64,000 nucleotides of DNA from Octopus vulgaris (taxonomy: Eukaryota). Shown piece after piece: positions 51,339 through 64,000 of the stretch (position 1 is its first letter; each line of letters begins with the position of its first letter). The position numbers were made by a program, and so were the translations under genes. The stretch lies in the NCBI GenBank assembly GCA_951406725.2, contig OX597830.1, forward strand, positions 43,710,001 through 43,774,000, in the 5' to 3' direction. Below the pieces are notes generated by a model. It saw only the letters and a list, made by a program, of their open reading frames with translations. It searched no databases and was not told the origin of the DNA.

Positions 51339-53972
51339 GTATAAATGGTCTCTGAGGGACAGGCAATGGCTATGGACATTGCCTCTCTTTTTCTGACCAA
51401 CTAGTAAAGCAAAACTATAAGGGGAGGAAATCTGTAGCATTTTTGTATTCCATAAATTTTGTTTGGACAACAGAGTTGACAGGAAGCGAGATAACCGAAA
51501 TGGAGACTGAAGGTTTGTACCTCAACAGCAGAACCATTAGAACAGCATACAAAATGCATGCAGTATTTAGTATTCTGACTTTAAATCTTTGCAAGGCCAT
51601 CCATGGCCAACACATTGAACTCTCAGACTGTACTGTCCACCAAGTTTTAAGCAAACCCCATAGAATAAGTGGCAAGACTTAAAAACTGATGAGTGCTTGT
51701 TACCATTCAATGATGAGTTCAACTTCTACTGTGGGATTATCATAGAGATGGACAAGATTTGCACCAATCTGGCTTAACAAGGATAATCCACATGAATATA
51801 GTCTTTATTATGACCTCTGCAAGTGACCCAATGGATCGTAAGGTTTTATATCCAATATCATGGTAGGATTGTAAGCCGGTGAGCTGGCAGAATCATTAGC
51901 ATGCTGGGCAGAATGCTTAACAGCATTTTGTCCATCTTTATGTTCCAATTCTGCTGAGGTCATCTTAGCCTTTTGTCCTTTTGGGGCTGATAAAATAAAT
52001 ACCAGTTGAACACTGGAACACTTACTCCCTCCCCTGAAATTGCTGGCCTTGTGCCAAAATTTGAAACCAATATTTTGTTAAGGATATATATTAAGGCGGT
52101 GAACAGGCTGAAGCGTTGGCATGTTGGGCCAAGTTCTCAGCAGCATATCATCTATTTTGATATTCTGAGTTCAAATATTGCTGAGGTCAGCTTTGCCTTT
52201 CGTCCTTTCGCGGTCAATAAAATAACTACCGATTGTGTACTGGGATCAATGTGTTCAACTTGCCCCCTCCCCTGAAATTATTAGTCTTGTACCAAAATGT
52301 GAAGCCAATGTTTTGAAAAGGTAGTGGACCGAGTTATAACTAGTATAATCATAATATTTAAAATGTGCAAAGAAATAGGTAATATTTTATTAAAACCCAA
52401 ATATTAGATATATTTCCCCTCAACACACACACACACACACACAAGAATAGAGAGCAAATAATATCTTTGATAGATCAATTCTTGTCAAAACAAGTGATGC
52501 TTTAGTGAAAAAAATAATCCTTTCTACTTAAGTCACACAGCCTGAAACTTTAGGGGCGGGGACTAGTCAATTACATCAACCCCAGTGCTTCACTGGTACT
52601 GAATTTATCGACCCCAAAAAGACAAAAGACAAAGTCAACTGCAGTGGTATTTGAATTCAAAACGTGAAAACAGATGAAAGACCACTCAGTATTTTGCCCA
52701 GCATGCTAATGGTTCTGCCAGCTCAACACCTTTTTTAGTGAAAAAAATAATAAAGCGTCTCTAAATATTTGAAATTCATAACAAAGATTTTGTGAAATTT
52801 ATATTTTATTGCAGTAAAAACGCATTATATCCAATGTGAACTTGCTGTTATTTAGTTGTGATCATAAAAAATAAATCTTCAAATTTGATTCGATTTATAG
52901 AATTGAATCACATCAATATTATATTATTCCAACAAATTTTTAACTTAGAATATATTTTTAATACATCATATAAAAAGTTCACCAAAGTTTTGTTTTTTAT
53001 TTTTATATTAATAGAGCTGTTCATATTTGTGATTTGTGTCTCGACATGACAAGATATAACAAAAGGCACCTAAATGGGAGAATATTAAGTGCAAATGGCC
53101 TACATTCATTTTACATGTAATCCCATAAGATATTCCATTTAATATATGGAACGTTAAATTTCAAGAAATTAAGATTTTTTTAGGAATAAAGAAAATACTG
53201 GTATAGACTTCACACAAATTTTTGAGCCAAGTAATATAGTTATTAATCAGAAAATTAATTTTGATTTAATTAAAGGTAGAATACTACTAAAAGGTATAAC
53301 ATCACAAAAAAGTGGGGGTTGAAGTTGTAGAATTCATCATAGATTTGAACTTGGAACAATAAGAATAATATATATATACATATATATATAAATACATATA
53401 TGTATGGAAACAATTTCTTTTTTTTTAAACCATTATTAAACTCGTGATATTACCTGAACATAATTCAGCAGAATGGGTTTTTTGATCACCAAATAACAGA
53501 AGCATTTGGCTTGCATCTGCTTCTAGGCACAGATAGCAGCATCTCTTTCCAGTAAAAAGAAAAAAAAACTGGGCTTCCCTGTTGATCTCGTTCAACAGGC
53601 AGTGAAAGAGTTGGGAGTTTAGGGGGTCATCCCCATAATTTTATTTTGTAACAACAAAACTCAAAACCTTCCAAAATAAGCAAAATATGGTTTTTCTCAA
53701 ACAAATTCTTTTGAAATACAAAAGCAGAGTAAAAAGTAAAGAACAGTTTTATCTTCAAAAAATTTCTGTCCTGTGCTTAATGGTGTCGTATCTGAAAAAG
53801 AAAAAAATACTCTGATAAATTGGCAAGAATTCTTTGAAATAAATTGAATGTTAATAACAGTGTAAATGACTGCAAAGTAGGCTGGTAGCTTATATAATAG
53901 TAGTGTTACTATCTAACAACAACAACAACGATAACAAGGATGATGATAATAATAATAATAATAATAATAATA

Positions 53973-56272
53973 AATGCCCTGATGCAGTACCAGACAGTGG
54001 CTCTCATGGTAATTGCGCAACCTGATAATCGCTACCTCATATGAGCGACAATGAAAAAACAAAATATTGTGAATAACGGTGTAAGGAAACTGAAGCCAAT
54101 GAAGGTGACAGTGTTACACCCAGCAGGCTCAGAGATTCTGGTCCGGCTCCACCTTGTCGATATCCAGAGAAGGACCACCACACATGGCGTAGATGGAATA
54201 AACAAATTAATGCTGTGGTCATGGAGTGTTACTACCTGAGCAACCTGGTAGATGAAAATGGTGCTCAAATTAGGGGTTACCAACAACGTATGTATGATCA
54301 TTGGAGAGAAAAGGAATTGTTTCAATTCACAGAACAGAGACTATGTGATCATGTGATCAACCTAAAGCAATAAGAAAAAATTGTAGGTTCACAGAAGTAG
54401 AGCTCAAAGCTATCAAAAGACGGGTCATGGAAAATAGCAGCATAGATAAGAATGAAAATGCAGTTCTTACTAATGAGAGCAATCTCATAGCACAGGAAAG
54501 GAGCAGTGGTAGCTTACTTGATGAGAGACATATAGATGATCTAAAAGAAGACAATAAAACTAAAAATAAAACTAATGGCGACATGACTGATGAACAAAAG
54601 GCAATCTATGACAGAGTAAAGGTAAGACTACAGGAGAACGATAGCGACATTATTTGCAACCTTAAAAAGGTTGATCAGTGGAAATTGAACCAAGAAACGA
54701 AGAATGTCAATGAAATTCTGAAATACATCAGAACAAACAACATCACAGAAACAAATAATTTGATCACGGCAGCAAATATTGTTGTAGCAGAAAATGTGGG
54801 TGTTGATGTCAAGAAAAAGAAATATAATGGGAGTGACAAAAGAAAAGATCCATGGTGGAAAAGAAGAATCCAGGCAGGGTTAGACATGCTCTCGAAGGAA
54901 ATCTCTGTGTTAGACCAAAAAGAGAAAGGGGAACTTAAAAATGAACAAAAATACAGGGCACTGGAAAGGAAGTATAATATTGAAAGAAAGGGCCTGAAAG
55001 TAGTAATGGAGGAACTGAAGCAGCACCTCATTGCAAAGAAAGCAAAGATAGTAAGATACAACCAAAGAATGAAAGGTTACCACCAGAATAGGTTATTCAG
55101 AGTAGATCAGAAGAGATTCTATAAAGAAATAAATGGAGGATGTACAGATGAAAAGTTAATACCAGATAACATTGAAAGTCAAAGGTTTTGGAGTGACATC
55201 TGGAGCACAAGAAGGATGCTGAATAGTTGCAAGAACTGAAACAAACAGTAGTCTGTCCAAAACAGGCAGAACCAGTCATTTCAGTTAGGGAAGTGAAGGA
55301 AATCAGCAAAAAAATGAGCAACTGGAAGGCCCCGGGACCAGATGGAGTTCTAGGCTACTGGATCAAAAGATTTGGTGAATGTCATGCATGAATACATGTG
55401 CAACTCAACACCTTGTTAAATGCTGACCAAGCAACACCAGAGTGGTTGACATTGGGTAGGACTGTGCTGTGCCTGAAAAGCATCGAAACAGGCAATACGA
55501 TTACAGGTCGATATCCTGTTTGCCACTTATGTGGAAGTTATTGACTGGAATACTCGCAGAGTCAATGTATGAACACCTAGAAAAAATGGAGTCCTGCCAC
55601 ATGAGCAGAAGGGTTGCAAGCATAAGTGCAGAGGTACCAAGGATCAGCTCCTGGTAGATAAAACTATACTCAGAGAATGCAAGAGGAGGAAAAGTAACTT
55701 AGCCATGTCATGAATCAACTATCATAAGGCATACGATATGATCCCACATTCTTGGATTATGGAGTGTATGAACCTGTTTGGGATTGCATCGAATGTTGAA
55801 CGATTGCTTGGAAAAAGTATGGCGAATTGGAGGACAGACCTGACAGCATATGGAAGACGTTTAGAGACAGTAGAAAGAAGGAGGAGCATCTTCCGAGGGG
55901 ACTGCCTGTACCCACTGATCTTTGAACTGTGCTTGATACCACTGACATTGATTCTGAGGAAAGCAAAAGCTGGGTATGTATTCGTAAGCTGCCAACAAAA
56001 AGTCAACCATTTGTTATTCATGGATGACCTCAAATTTTATGGTAAAGATGAAGCCCAAATCAGTTTCCTCGTTGATACATATATCTTCAGTGCTGATATC
56101 GGAATGGAGTTCAGACTGAGAAAGTGTGGTGTGTTAGTATTGAAGGGAGGCAAAATCAAATGTATGGACGGGGTAGCGATACTGTTGTGGGAGGTTATGA
56201 AGCAGATAGAAGAGATGGGCTATAAGTACTTGGGGATTTTGGAAATGGATAAATTGATGGAGAAAGAAATGA
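53973..56272 (+). mobile_element. Dong/R4-clade non-LTR retrotransposon, decayed and 3'-truncated
   Basis: Frameshifted RT polyprotein: VVMECYY, EQRLCD, PWWKRRI, NWKAPGPDG, PEWLTLGRT, ISCLPLMWKLLTGI, EQKGC..GTKDQLL, KAYDMIPHSWI, NHLLFMDDLK, YKYLGILE. Begins directly after an (AAT)n tract. Confidence 0.88.
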
Positions 56273-56760
56273 CCTTGCAGATGGGGGCTCAGTTAGAATT
56301 TTCTTCTGGTTGAGTAGCCCATCCCACTCAAAAGGTCCCTGAATAAGGATTGTTTAAGGATGTTGAAAGAACCACCCATGTTTCCAAAGGTGAATTATCC
56401 AAACCTCCAAGAATTCCTTTCAACACACGGCTATGATGCTCCCCCACTACTTCTGCTCATGGTCAGAGATGCACATATCATCAGCCACTATCTGTGGTAT
56501 TGAGCAGAATATTTACTGTAGCCCATCTTTTATACCAAGACAAAACAATGTACATGATAACACTTCCAATCAGTTAAGATCAGAAGCCATGAGAGCCACT
56601 GTCTGGTACGGCATCAGGGCATATTGATGCTCCACCACTACTTCTGCTTGTGGTCAGAGATGCACATATCATCAGCCACTAAAGGACATGGTCAACTGGT
56701 TATGGTCAAACAATTGACAAGCAAATCTGTGGTATTGATCAGAATATTTGCTGCAGCCCA
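56270..56760 (-). mobile_element. Inverted 5'-UTR-like segments of the same LINE family
   Basis: 56587-56622 is the reverse complement of the LINE 5' end at 53974-54009. An internal ~55-bp block is duplicated (about 56435-56490 and 56626-56681). Confidence 0.65.
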
Positions 56761-57154
56761 TATCGAACTCAGAATCTTGAGGTTAGTAGCCCGTGCTCTT
56801 AACCACTACACCACATGCCCATGGGCTTTTTGATAATTGCATTGCTTTAGAAGAATGTTCTGAAGTCATTACTTTATTTGACCAACCTCTCCTGTCTGCT
56901 CAATCTCCTGTGATTTGTTAGGTGGTCACTGACAACTGAATAACCAAAACAAACCCTGACATCATAACCTCTGGATGCTGGACGATCTAGTGGAGTTCCA
57001 TCTTTCTCATATGAGATCTATATCAATAGCTGTACACCACTTTGGTAGGTACATGGTGTGGAAGCCCAGAGAGGTAGTCTGGTGTGGGGGTGGGACGATT
57101 CTGACTTCATTGCTCGCTGCCAAGAGGGGATTACTAAACAAGAACAGTCAATGG

Positions 57155-57312
57155 GAAGGAGGATGAGGATGATGATGATGATGAGGAGGAGGAAGTGGCA
57201 GAGGAAGTGGAGGAAGTGGAGGAGGTGGAGGTGGAGGAGGTGGAGGAGGTGGTGGAGGTGGAGGAGGTGGAGGAGGTGGTGGTGGTGGAGGAGGGGGAGG
57301 AGGAGGAGGAGG
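57155..57312. repeat. (GAT)/(GAG)/(GTG) trinucleotide repeat
   Basis: Directly visible; generates the poly-Pro, poly-Glu/Val and poly-Ser/Thr pseudo-ORFs. Confidence 0.95.
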
Positions 57313-57388
57313 TTTTAGTAATGTTAATTGTTTCAAGCTCTAGAGAGAAAACAAAAGAAATAATCACCCAAAATATGCAATTCTTCAC

Positions 57389-57520
57389 TTTCAAAATTAC
57401 ATTCCCTGGCCGGCCTTTCATCCGAATTGTCTCCACAGTGATCGACTCCGTCACACTGCAGTGATTCAGCAATACACAGAAGGTTGAAACATGGAAGTTT
57501 GAAATTCTCACGGCAACCAT
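57389..57520 (-). CDS. LDL-receptor class A domain exon of a minus-strand gene
   Basis: Acceptor tattttacag|AT; reads DGCRENFKLPCFNLLCIAESLQCDGVDHCGDNSDERPAREC, with six Cys and the CDG..HCGD.SDE signature. The 3' end is uncertain (several phase-1 GT candidates; the frame stays open to TGA at 57335-57333). Confidence 0.85.
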
Positions 57521-58045
57521 CTGTAAAATAGAATTCAAATTTATTCAGTTAAGTAGATAAATAAAAGTACCTAAATACAGTAAAAGATATTTCCTTAACC
57601 TAAGTTTCTATTAGAACCCTTCAACATTCTGATTACTTATAACCGTATGCGTGGCTGTGTGGTAAGAAGTGTGCTTCCCAGCCACATGGTTCTGGGTTCA
57701 GTCCCACTGCGTGACACCTTAGGCAAGTGTCTTCTACTACAGCTCCAGACAAACCAAAACCTTGTGAGTGGATTTGTTAAACGAAAACTGAAAAGAAGCC
57801 CATCGTATGTGTGTGTGTTTGTTCACCCCACCATCATTTGACAGCTGATGTTGGTGTGTTCAGGTCCCCATAACTTAGTGGTGGCCATGCTGGAACACCA
57901 CCTTTTTATCGACTGGACTTATTCTTTGTAAACCTGGTACTTATTCTATCAGTCACTTTTTCTGAACCGCTAAGTTAAGGGGACATAAACACACCAGCAT
58001 CTGTTGTGAAGCGATGGTGGTGGGGACAAACACAGACACAAACTC

Positions 58046-58094
<49 letters not shown>

Positions 58095-58152
58095 TGGGCC
58101 AAGTGGGCCACTTTTGGTAAGCAGAACTGGTGTTGTGGGAAATATATATATA

Positions 58153-59408
58153 TTGGGTTGGCAACAAAGTTCCTGCTGTTTTTTTTAGATTTTGGAATTT
58201 ATTGCGATTTTAAATTTTGGAATCTATTTTTTCAGAGAATTATATTTTTGAATCATTTTGGAATATATTTCATTTTTTTTTTTTTTGTTCTAATTAATTT
58301 TAGTTAGTTTTTGTTGATTTTCAGATCATTAAAATGGAATGTCAAGTTAAGAAATACGAGCATTTTCGACACCTCCTTCTTTTTGCTTTTAATCAAGGTT
58401 CTAAGGCCGCAAAAGCTACTCACGACATTTGTGCTGTGTATGGAGAGGGTACCATAGCTGAAAGAACCGCTTGTGATTGGTATGCCAAGTTCAAAAGTGG
58501 AAATTTTGACCTCAAAGACGCACCTCGTTCTGGCTGTCCAGTTGAGTTCGATGAAGAGTAATTAAACCAATTTTTGCACAAAAACTCTTGTCAAATGACA
58601 AGGGAACTGGCAGAGAAGCATCTTCACTCGATGGGAAAGGTTCAGAAGTATGGAGCATGGATTCCGCATGCTTTAAGTAACAACAACAAAAATCATCAAG
58701 TCACAATCTCCGCTGGTTTGCTTGCTCGCCACTGTTCAACTCATGGATGCAAGCAAAGATTTCTTTACCAAATCATTACTGGCGACGAAAAATGGTGCCA
58801 GTAAATCAATATGAAACAGCGTAAGAAATGGCTTAGCCCCGGTAAACAAGCAACACTGTGCATGAAACAAGATCTTCATCCACGAAAGATGATGTTGTGT
58901 GTATGGTGGGATTGGGAAGGGATTATCCATTAGGAATTGCTTGAAGGGAACCAAATGGTCAACACGGAACTCTATGTTCAACAGATAGAACAACTCAAGA
59001 GAAAACACCTAATCATCAGCATGGAGTTCTTCTGCTGCACGACAACGCCCGCCAATATTGCCAATATGACCAAGGAAGCCATTCAAACGCATGGCTGGGA
59101 AGTGCTGCCACACCCACTATACTGTGCTGATTTGGCTCAATGGATTTCCACCTCTTTCGATCTCTTTCAAATTCTATGCACAGTGTTTTGTTCAATACTG
59201 ATGCAGAGATCTTGGTTGGATCAATTTTTCAAGTCGAAATCAGGTGATTTGTACCAACGAGGTATTGAAAATATTGTTGAACGTTAGGAAGAAGTTGTAA
59301 ACAACAAGGGTGAATACATTATTGATTAATTAGTTGTTATTTTTTATTAAACCTTTTAAAAAATTTAAATTAAAAGAAAAAACGGTGGGATCTTAGTTGC
59401 CAATCTAA
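58153..59408 (+). mobile_element. Full-length decayed mariner transposon (mellifera-subfamily-like)
   Basis: TA|TTGGGTTGGCAACAAAGTTCC ... GGGATCTTAGTTGCCAATCTAA|TA; 1256 bp. Confidence 0.93.
58334..59328 (+). pseudogene. Mariner transposase pseudogene
   Basis: EHFRHLLLF, PRSGCP, WIPHAL (WVPHEL), IITGDEKW, LLHDNA and HPLYCADL (YSPDL), with several stops and frameshifts. Confidence 0.92.
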
Positions 59409-60569
59409 TATATATATATAAAATATATGACAGGCTTCTTTCAGTTTCCATCTACCAAATCTACCCTCAAGGCTTTGGTTGGCCCGAGGTTATAGAAGAA
59501 GTCACTTGCCCAAGGTACCATGCAATGGGACTGAACCTGGGACCATGTGGTTGGAAAGCATGCTTCTTACCACACAACCATGCCTGCACCTGTTTATTCA
59601 CATTGTTTTGAATTAATCCTGCATTATCTTGCAGTTTTGATATTTTGAAAATGTGATTGTTTATTTTAAGAATAACATTATAAGATAAGTGTGAGAGGCT
59701 GGATCTGGCCAGTTTAAGCATAAAATTAGTAAAATATTTGGGCCTGGTGTGGCTGATTTAGATATTAAAGGGTTAAATGGTAAAGGGTTAAATAAGAAGC
59801 AGTTCCATCTGACTAGATCTGCTTCTTATTCAATTATATGACTGTGTCAGATGTAAAATATTTAGATGTATATCTATCCCATCTGTAATTATTTTAAGTA
59901 AGAACCTAGTGTTATTTTCTGTTTAAAACTCAACTCAATGAAAAAACTTAGTTATGTTAATAGATTTCATCAAATTCTTGATAATTTTAAAAGTTAATTT
60001 AAGAAACACAATGTATTTTATTAGAAATACAGTCCCCCAAAAGGTTAAAGTGGGATTCTATCATTGTTAAACCTCTGTAAAAGTACATATTATAACTGGT
60101 GGCATATAAGATTAATTTCAAAAAAGCATTTTAAAAATTCGTCCAGGATCCTCTATGCAAAGTTGAGTCTGCTATAAGCTAATTTTTTTCCTTCATGCTC
60201 ACTTTTTCCTGAAAATGTGCAACTGCAATTATGCCCATGTGTCTTTTATGCCATTAAATAAGACACATGAACAGGTAGGGGACCTTAGAAATGGCAGAGT
60301 AACAAGGTTTTGTTTTAACAGAGGGTTTCATATCTCATTGACAATGATGTGCTACAACATTAGAGAGGACATTTAGTTGTCTCAAATTCAATCTGCATAA
60401 GCTCTATGGAGCCACTGCTTACTACTTTAGCAGCTTGAAGCAATGAGGGGACTTCTTTAATGTCAGCTGGTTTGCTAGTCATAGCAATCAAGTGTCATTT
60501 AAATCACATTGTACCATGTTCGTTTCATGATGAAATGAAAAAAAGGAAGGACACATTGAATAACTTAGT

Positions 60570-60800
60570 AACAGATATATCGTCTGATTAAAAAAAAGAC
60601 TGATGAGGTGGTCATGACCGGAGTACATTTTACAATAACTCTTCTTGAGAGTTATGATAAAATGGAAACCTGTTTGCAACATTACAAGACAAGTTTTTCG
60701 ATGGACACCTGGAAGTAGACAGAGGCATGGCAAACCAAAAATAACATGGAGAAGATCCACAGAATCTGAAACACTGACAGGCAGCTATATCTGAAGACAG
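60570..60800 (+). mobile_element. RTE-like LINE C-terminal remnant
   Basis: Degenerate R.RW..HIL ... ITRQVFRWTPGSRQRHGKPKITWRR. Confidence 0.55.
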
Positions 60801-60930
60801 ATGCAATCCATTATCGAAGATCAAGTTGGATGAAAATGTCTTATTGGCACCCAATGCTTCATACAGAGTTAAAGGATTTTTATGATAATTATATTAATAA
60901 AGAATAAAGGAAATGTAAATTGAGACTGAC

Positions 60931-61146
60931 CTTTTGTCATCATTACAGCAGATGCATAAGAAAATTCAACTCTGTCAAAATGGTTGAAGTTTCCTCGGAG
61001 TCTAATATAAAACCCTTCACTCTGCAAAGATGTATTCCAGGTAAAAGATGGTGTATATTCAGCTGATGTGTAACGAGCAATGACTGGATCTATAGAACTG
61101 ATTCCATTGTGAATTTCTAAGCTGTTTCTTGGTTCAAGACGCCAAC
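60931..61146 (-). CDS. CUB-like extracellular exon of the same minus-strand gene
   Basis: 216-nt phase 1/1 open exon (aag|GT ... G|gtcagt): WRLEPRNSLEIHNGISSIDPVIARYTSAEYTPSFTWNTSLQSEGFYIRLRGNFNHFDRVEFSYASAVMMTK. It splices in frame to the LDLa exon (G+AT=Asp). The CUB call is by resemblance only. Confidence 0.7.
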
Positions 61147-61469
61147 CTTCGTTTAAAAGAGCAAGACAAAACAGTCACCATTATATGTAGCAATATGTTT
61201 ATGTATACATGCATAGATATAGATAAATAATAGACATAACAGACAAAACCAAGAACAACACCCTATTCCCTTCCATACTGGCTAACTCTGATGAGCATAG
61301 GGTTATATAATCAGATTGTCACCTAACACTCCATTGTATTCCTCATGCGAAACCAATTGGTTAAGATAAGCTGTGATGGATATTTAATTCTATACTTTTC
61401 AGATAATATACTCAATCTACTGGCAGTTATAGGAGTTCATCTTTACCCTGACTTATGGTCTCTTAGATG

Positions 61470-61689
<220 letters not shown>

Positions 61690-61709
61690 CTTCCAACACC
61701 TTTCCTACA

Positions 61710-62245
61710 TATTGAGCAGGTGATGGATAGAGAGTCTTATCCACTTTCTTGCTAACAACAACTTTAGTCTTCACTAGCTTGACTTTAATCCTCTTTGATT
61801 CTAGGTTTTGTTTTCACACCTAGAATTTCTTTTCCGATTCTGCTATAGTTCTGCTATAAGAGCATCAACATTAGCATATAGTAGTTCCTATGGACAACAA
61901 GATGTATATCCCTCTGTTCTGTTCTGGGAGACTATGAATAGAAAGGGACTGAGAACTGAGCCCTGGTGAACTCCCCCTTGTACACAACATTCATCACTGT
62001 CTTCGCAGCTGACTCTCACTCTACAGGCAGCACTCCTATACATCACTTGAACAAGTCATTGTTACTGCATGTATTTATGGCTTGTAATAACTCATTAAGA
62101 ATGGGACCGCGTGCGATTGTATTCCCTACACAATACGACCGCATGTGGTCCTGTTTTTACACTTCCTTAAGTTAAGTGATGACAGAGCAAGGAATTCTGT
62201 CAAAGGCTTTCTCTAGACTTTTAGCTGTCTCATTAGCTGTCTAAC
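61710..62245 (-). mobile_element. RTE-clade reverse transcriptase remnant
   Basis: Minus-strand fragments LEKAFDR, GVHQGSVLSPFLFIV, ELLYAN (YADD), KTKVVVS. Confidence 0.8.
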
Positions 62246-62759
62246 ACACATGGGCATGCCTACACAGTTGCTATGTTCTGAGTTCAAATTCCTCCAAGGT
62301 CGACTTTGCCTTTCATCCTTTCAGGATCAATGAAATAAGTACCAGTTACGCACTGGGGCTGATGTAATCGACTAGCTCCCTTCCCAAGAAATTTCAGGCT
62401 TTGTGCCTATAGCAGAAAGGATTATATACATGTCACTAGTTTTATTAGCCAGGGGTAAAGAGGTTGAAGAAGGACTGGAATTCAGAATGTGGAGGGTTGA
62501 GACTAAATGATGCAAGGAATGTAGTCTGGTGCTTTGCTTCTTCTTGCCACTCATTTCACCATTTTCATGTTAAATGAAAGGATAGTTTCCAACATGAGCA
62601 AAAGGGGAGAAAATTTAGTGGGAATGAATATGGTCAACAAAACTGACCCCCACTGCATCAGTAGCAGTTTTGTTATTCCCCCACCCCACCCCCACCATCC
62701 CTTCTCAAAGGAGTAAAAATGCAAAACTGACCTCAGCTGGATTTGAATGTAAAAGTGAC

Positions 62760-63180
62760 GTATTAAAATGCTGCAAGATTGCTTCCCTGGGCATGAACAC
62801 ATTGAAGCTCCAATGCCTGGCAACTGACTCGGTAAACACCCAGAAAATTATTAACCATCACACCAACAACCACCTTGAGCACCTTTTTGAGCTCCATGTG
62901 TCTAATACATGTGGGCATGCCTACAAAGTCAGAAAACAGCACAGCTCCCATGACTTTCAGAAAAATTTTTTTCTCACTCAGATTTGCTGAAGCATGGAAC
63001 AAACTACCTGCATCAGTTGTTAGCTGCCAAGATATTGCATCCTTTAAAACCTCCATGCTTCCCGAAATTCAGCAACACTACACCTGATATCCCCACCCAA
63101 TACACATGCACACATGTATATCATGACTCATACATTGTTCTCTTTCCTGACTTTTCTACATAATTCTATGTACTGTACGT
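62760..63180 (+). mobile_element. CR1/L2-group LINE 3' end
   Basis: GHAYKVRKQ ... FFSLRFAEAWNKLPASVVSC..IASFK C-terminal signature, stop at 63087. Confidence 0.8.
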
Positions 63181-63193
63181 GGATTATAATCAC

Positions 63194-63298
63194 CTTCTCT
63201 GCAACTTTCGTTACCTGGTCCAACAGTTTGATACCTCTGTAATAGTTTCAAAGGCATTTCCTTTACCTCCGTAGCAGCTGACAACAATGCTGCTACAC
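63194..63298 (-). CDS. Putative upstream exon of the minus-strand CUB-like/LDLa gene
   Basis: 105-nt phase 1/1 open frame VAALLSAATEVKEMPLKLLQRYQTVGPGNESCRE with donor AG|gtgatt, in frame with the next exon. The acceptor is weak, and an in-frame ATG lies just upstream. Confidence 0.45.
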
Positions 63299-63479
63299 CT
63301 GTCATTGGGTGTCACACGGACACACACATATATTTCCACACACACACACACACACACAGAATAAGCGAAGTTGTATGAGCAAAAATATTGTACATAATTT
63401 AAGAGTATTTCAGTTCTTTCAAGGAATCCCCCAAATGACACAAGAACAATAACTTTCTGCCAAAGTATACTTGTTCACA

Positions 63480-63579
63480 TGTGTGTGAGTGAGTGAGTGA
63501 GAGAGAGAGGAAGAGAGAGGGAGAGAAGGAGAGAGAGAGGGGGAGAGAGTGAGGGAGAGAGTGAGGGAGAGAGAGAGAC

Positions 63580-63614
<35 letters not shown>

Positions 63615-63631
63615 CAGAGACAGAGAGAGAG
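63480..63631. repeat. (GA)/(GAGACA) purine-rich microsatellite
   Basis: Directly visible. Confidence 0.95.
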
Positions 63632-64000
63632 GCTCTGGAACTTAACCCACATTTCCCAGTCTTGTGCATTGACTCCAGTATTTTCAAGGCACAACACTTT
63701 TCTGAAACCTCAACGATATATCTCGGTTATTTCCCTTCCATTGTCTACGGTCACACAGATGTTTTTCTTTTTTTTCTTTCTTTCTTTTTTTTCCAGTTTA
63801 TTGATAAACAACACTAGCTGGGAGTCTTTCGGCAGTCAAAGGATTTGCTAGAAAAATACCGTAAAATCTTCTTCAGATCATTTAAAAAAGGTGCAGGCAT
63901 GGCTGTGTAGTTATAAGTTTGCTTCCTAACTGCAAGTCTTCAGGCTCAATCCCACTGTGCAGCATCTAGAGCAAGTGTCTTCTGGCACCAAAGCCTAGTC

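Noticed and set aside
51415-51682. Overlapping 79-86 aa ORFs with a hydrophobic stretch
   Set aside because: No splice signals or motifs that I can tie to either gene
53454-53630. Minus-strand open frame ending at a CAG|gtaata donor, a candidate next exon of the LDLa gene
   Set aside because: No convincing phase-compatible acceptor and no recognisable domain
53973-54060. Possible HDV-like ribozyme at the Dong/R4 5' end
   Set aside because: I could not build the P1-P4 nested pseudoknot by eye; it needs a descriptor search on the family consensus
57058-57464. Poly-Pro, poly-Glu/Val and Arg/Trp-rich ORFs
   Set aside because: Trinucleotide repeat that is open in several frames on both strands, with no splice or domain support. 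The real exon nearby is in a different frame.
63419-63851. Arg/Glu-rich and Ser/Leu-rich ORFs
   Set aside because: Translations of the (GA)n/(GAGACA)n repeat

Overview
AT-rich, microsatellite- and SINE-dense animal genomic DNA. The repeat landscape looks like an octopus (coleoid cephalopod) genome; this is inferred from recognising the repeats, not from a search. The main gene is an 8-coding-exon, plus-strand LIV-1 family zinc importer (ZIP6/ZIP10/foi type; CDS 14103-39857, 1992 nt spliced, 663 aa, all splice phases consistent). A perfect 12-bp MTF-1 metal-response element sits just downstream of its likely initiator. A second gene that the ORF track misses runs on the minus strand near the right end (CUB-like exon plus LDL-receptor class A exon). 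There is also a slightly degenerate tRNA-Gly(GCC), a decayed full-length mariner, a rearranged Dong/R4-type LINE, Penelope-like, RTE and CR1 remnants, several MITE families and four SINE families. The most unusual structure is in intron 1 of the ZIP gene: a tRNA-like Pol III head flanked by inverted Penelope-type terminal repeats that carry a minimal hammerhead-ribozyme motif. It is a candidate Penelope-mobilised SINE. Almost all short ORFs in the track are artefacts of microsatellites or repeats. Coordinates of decayed repeats are approximate.
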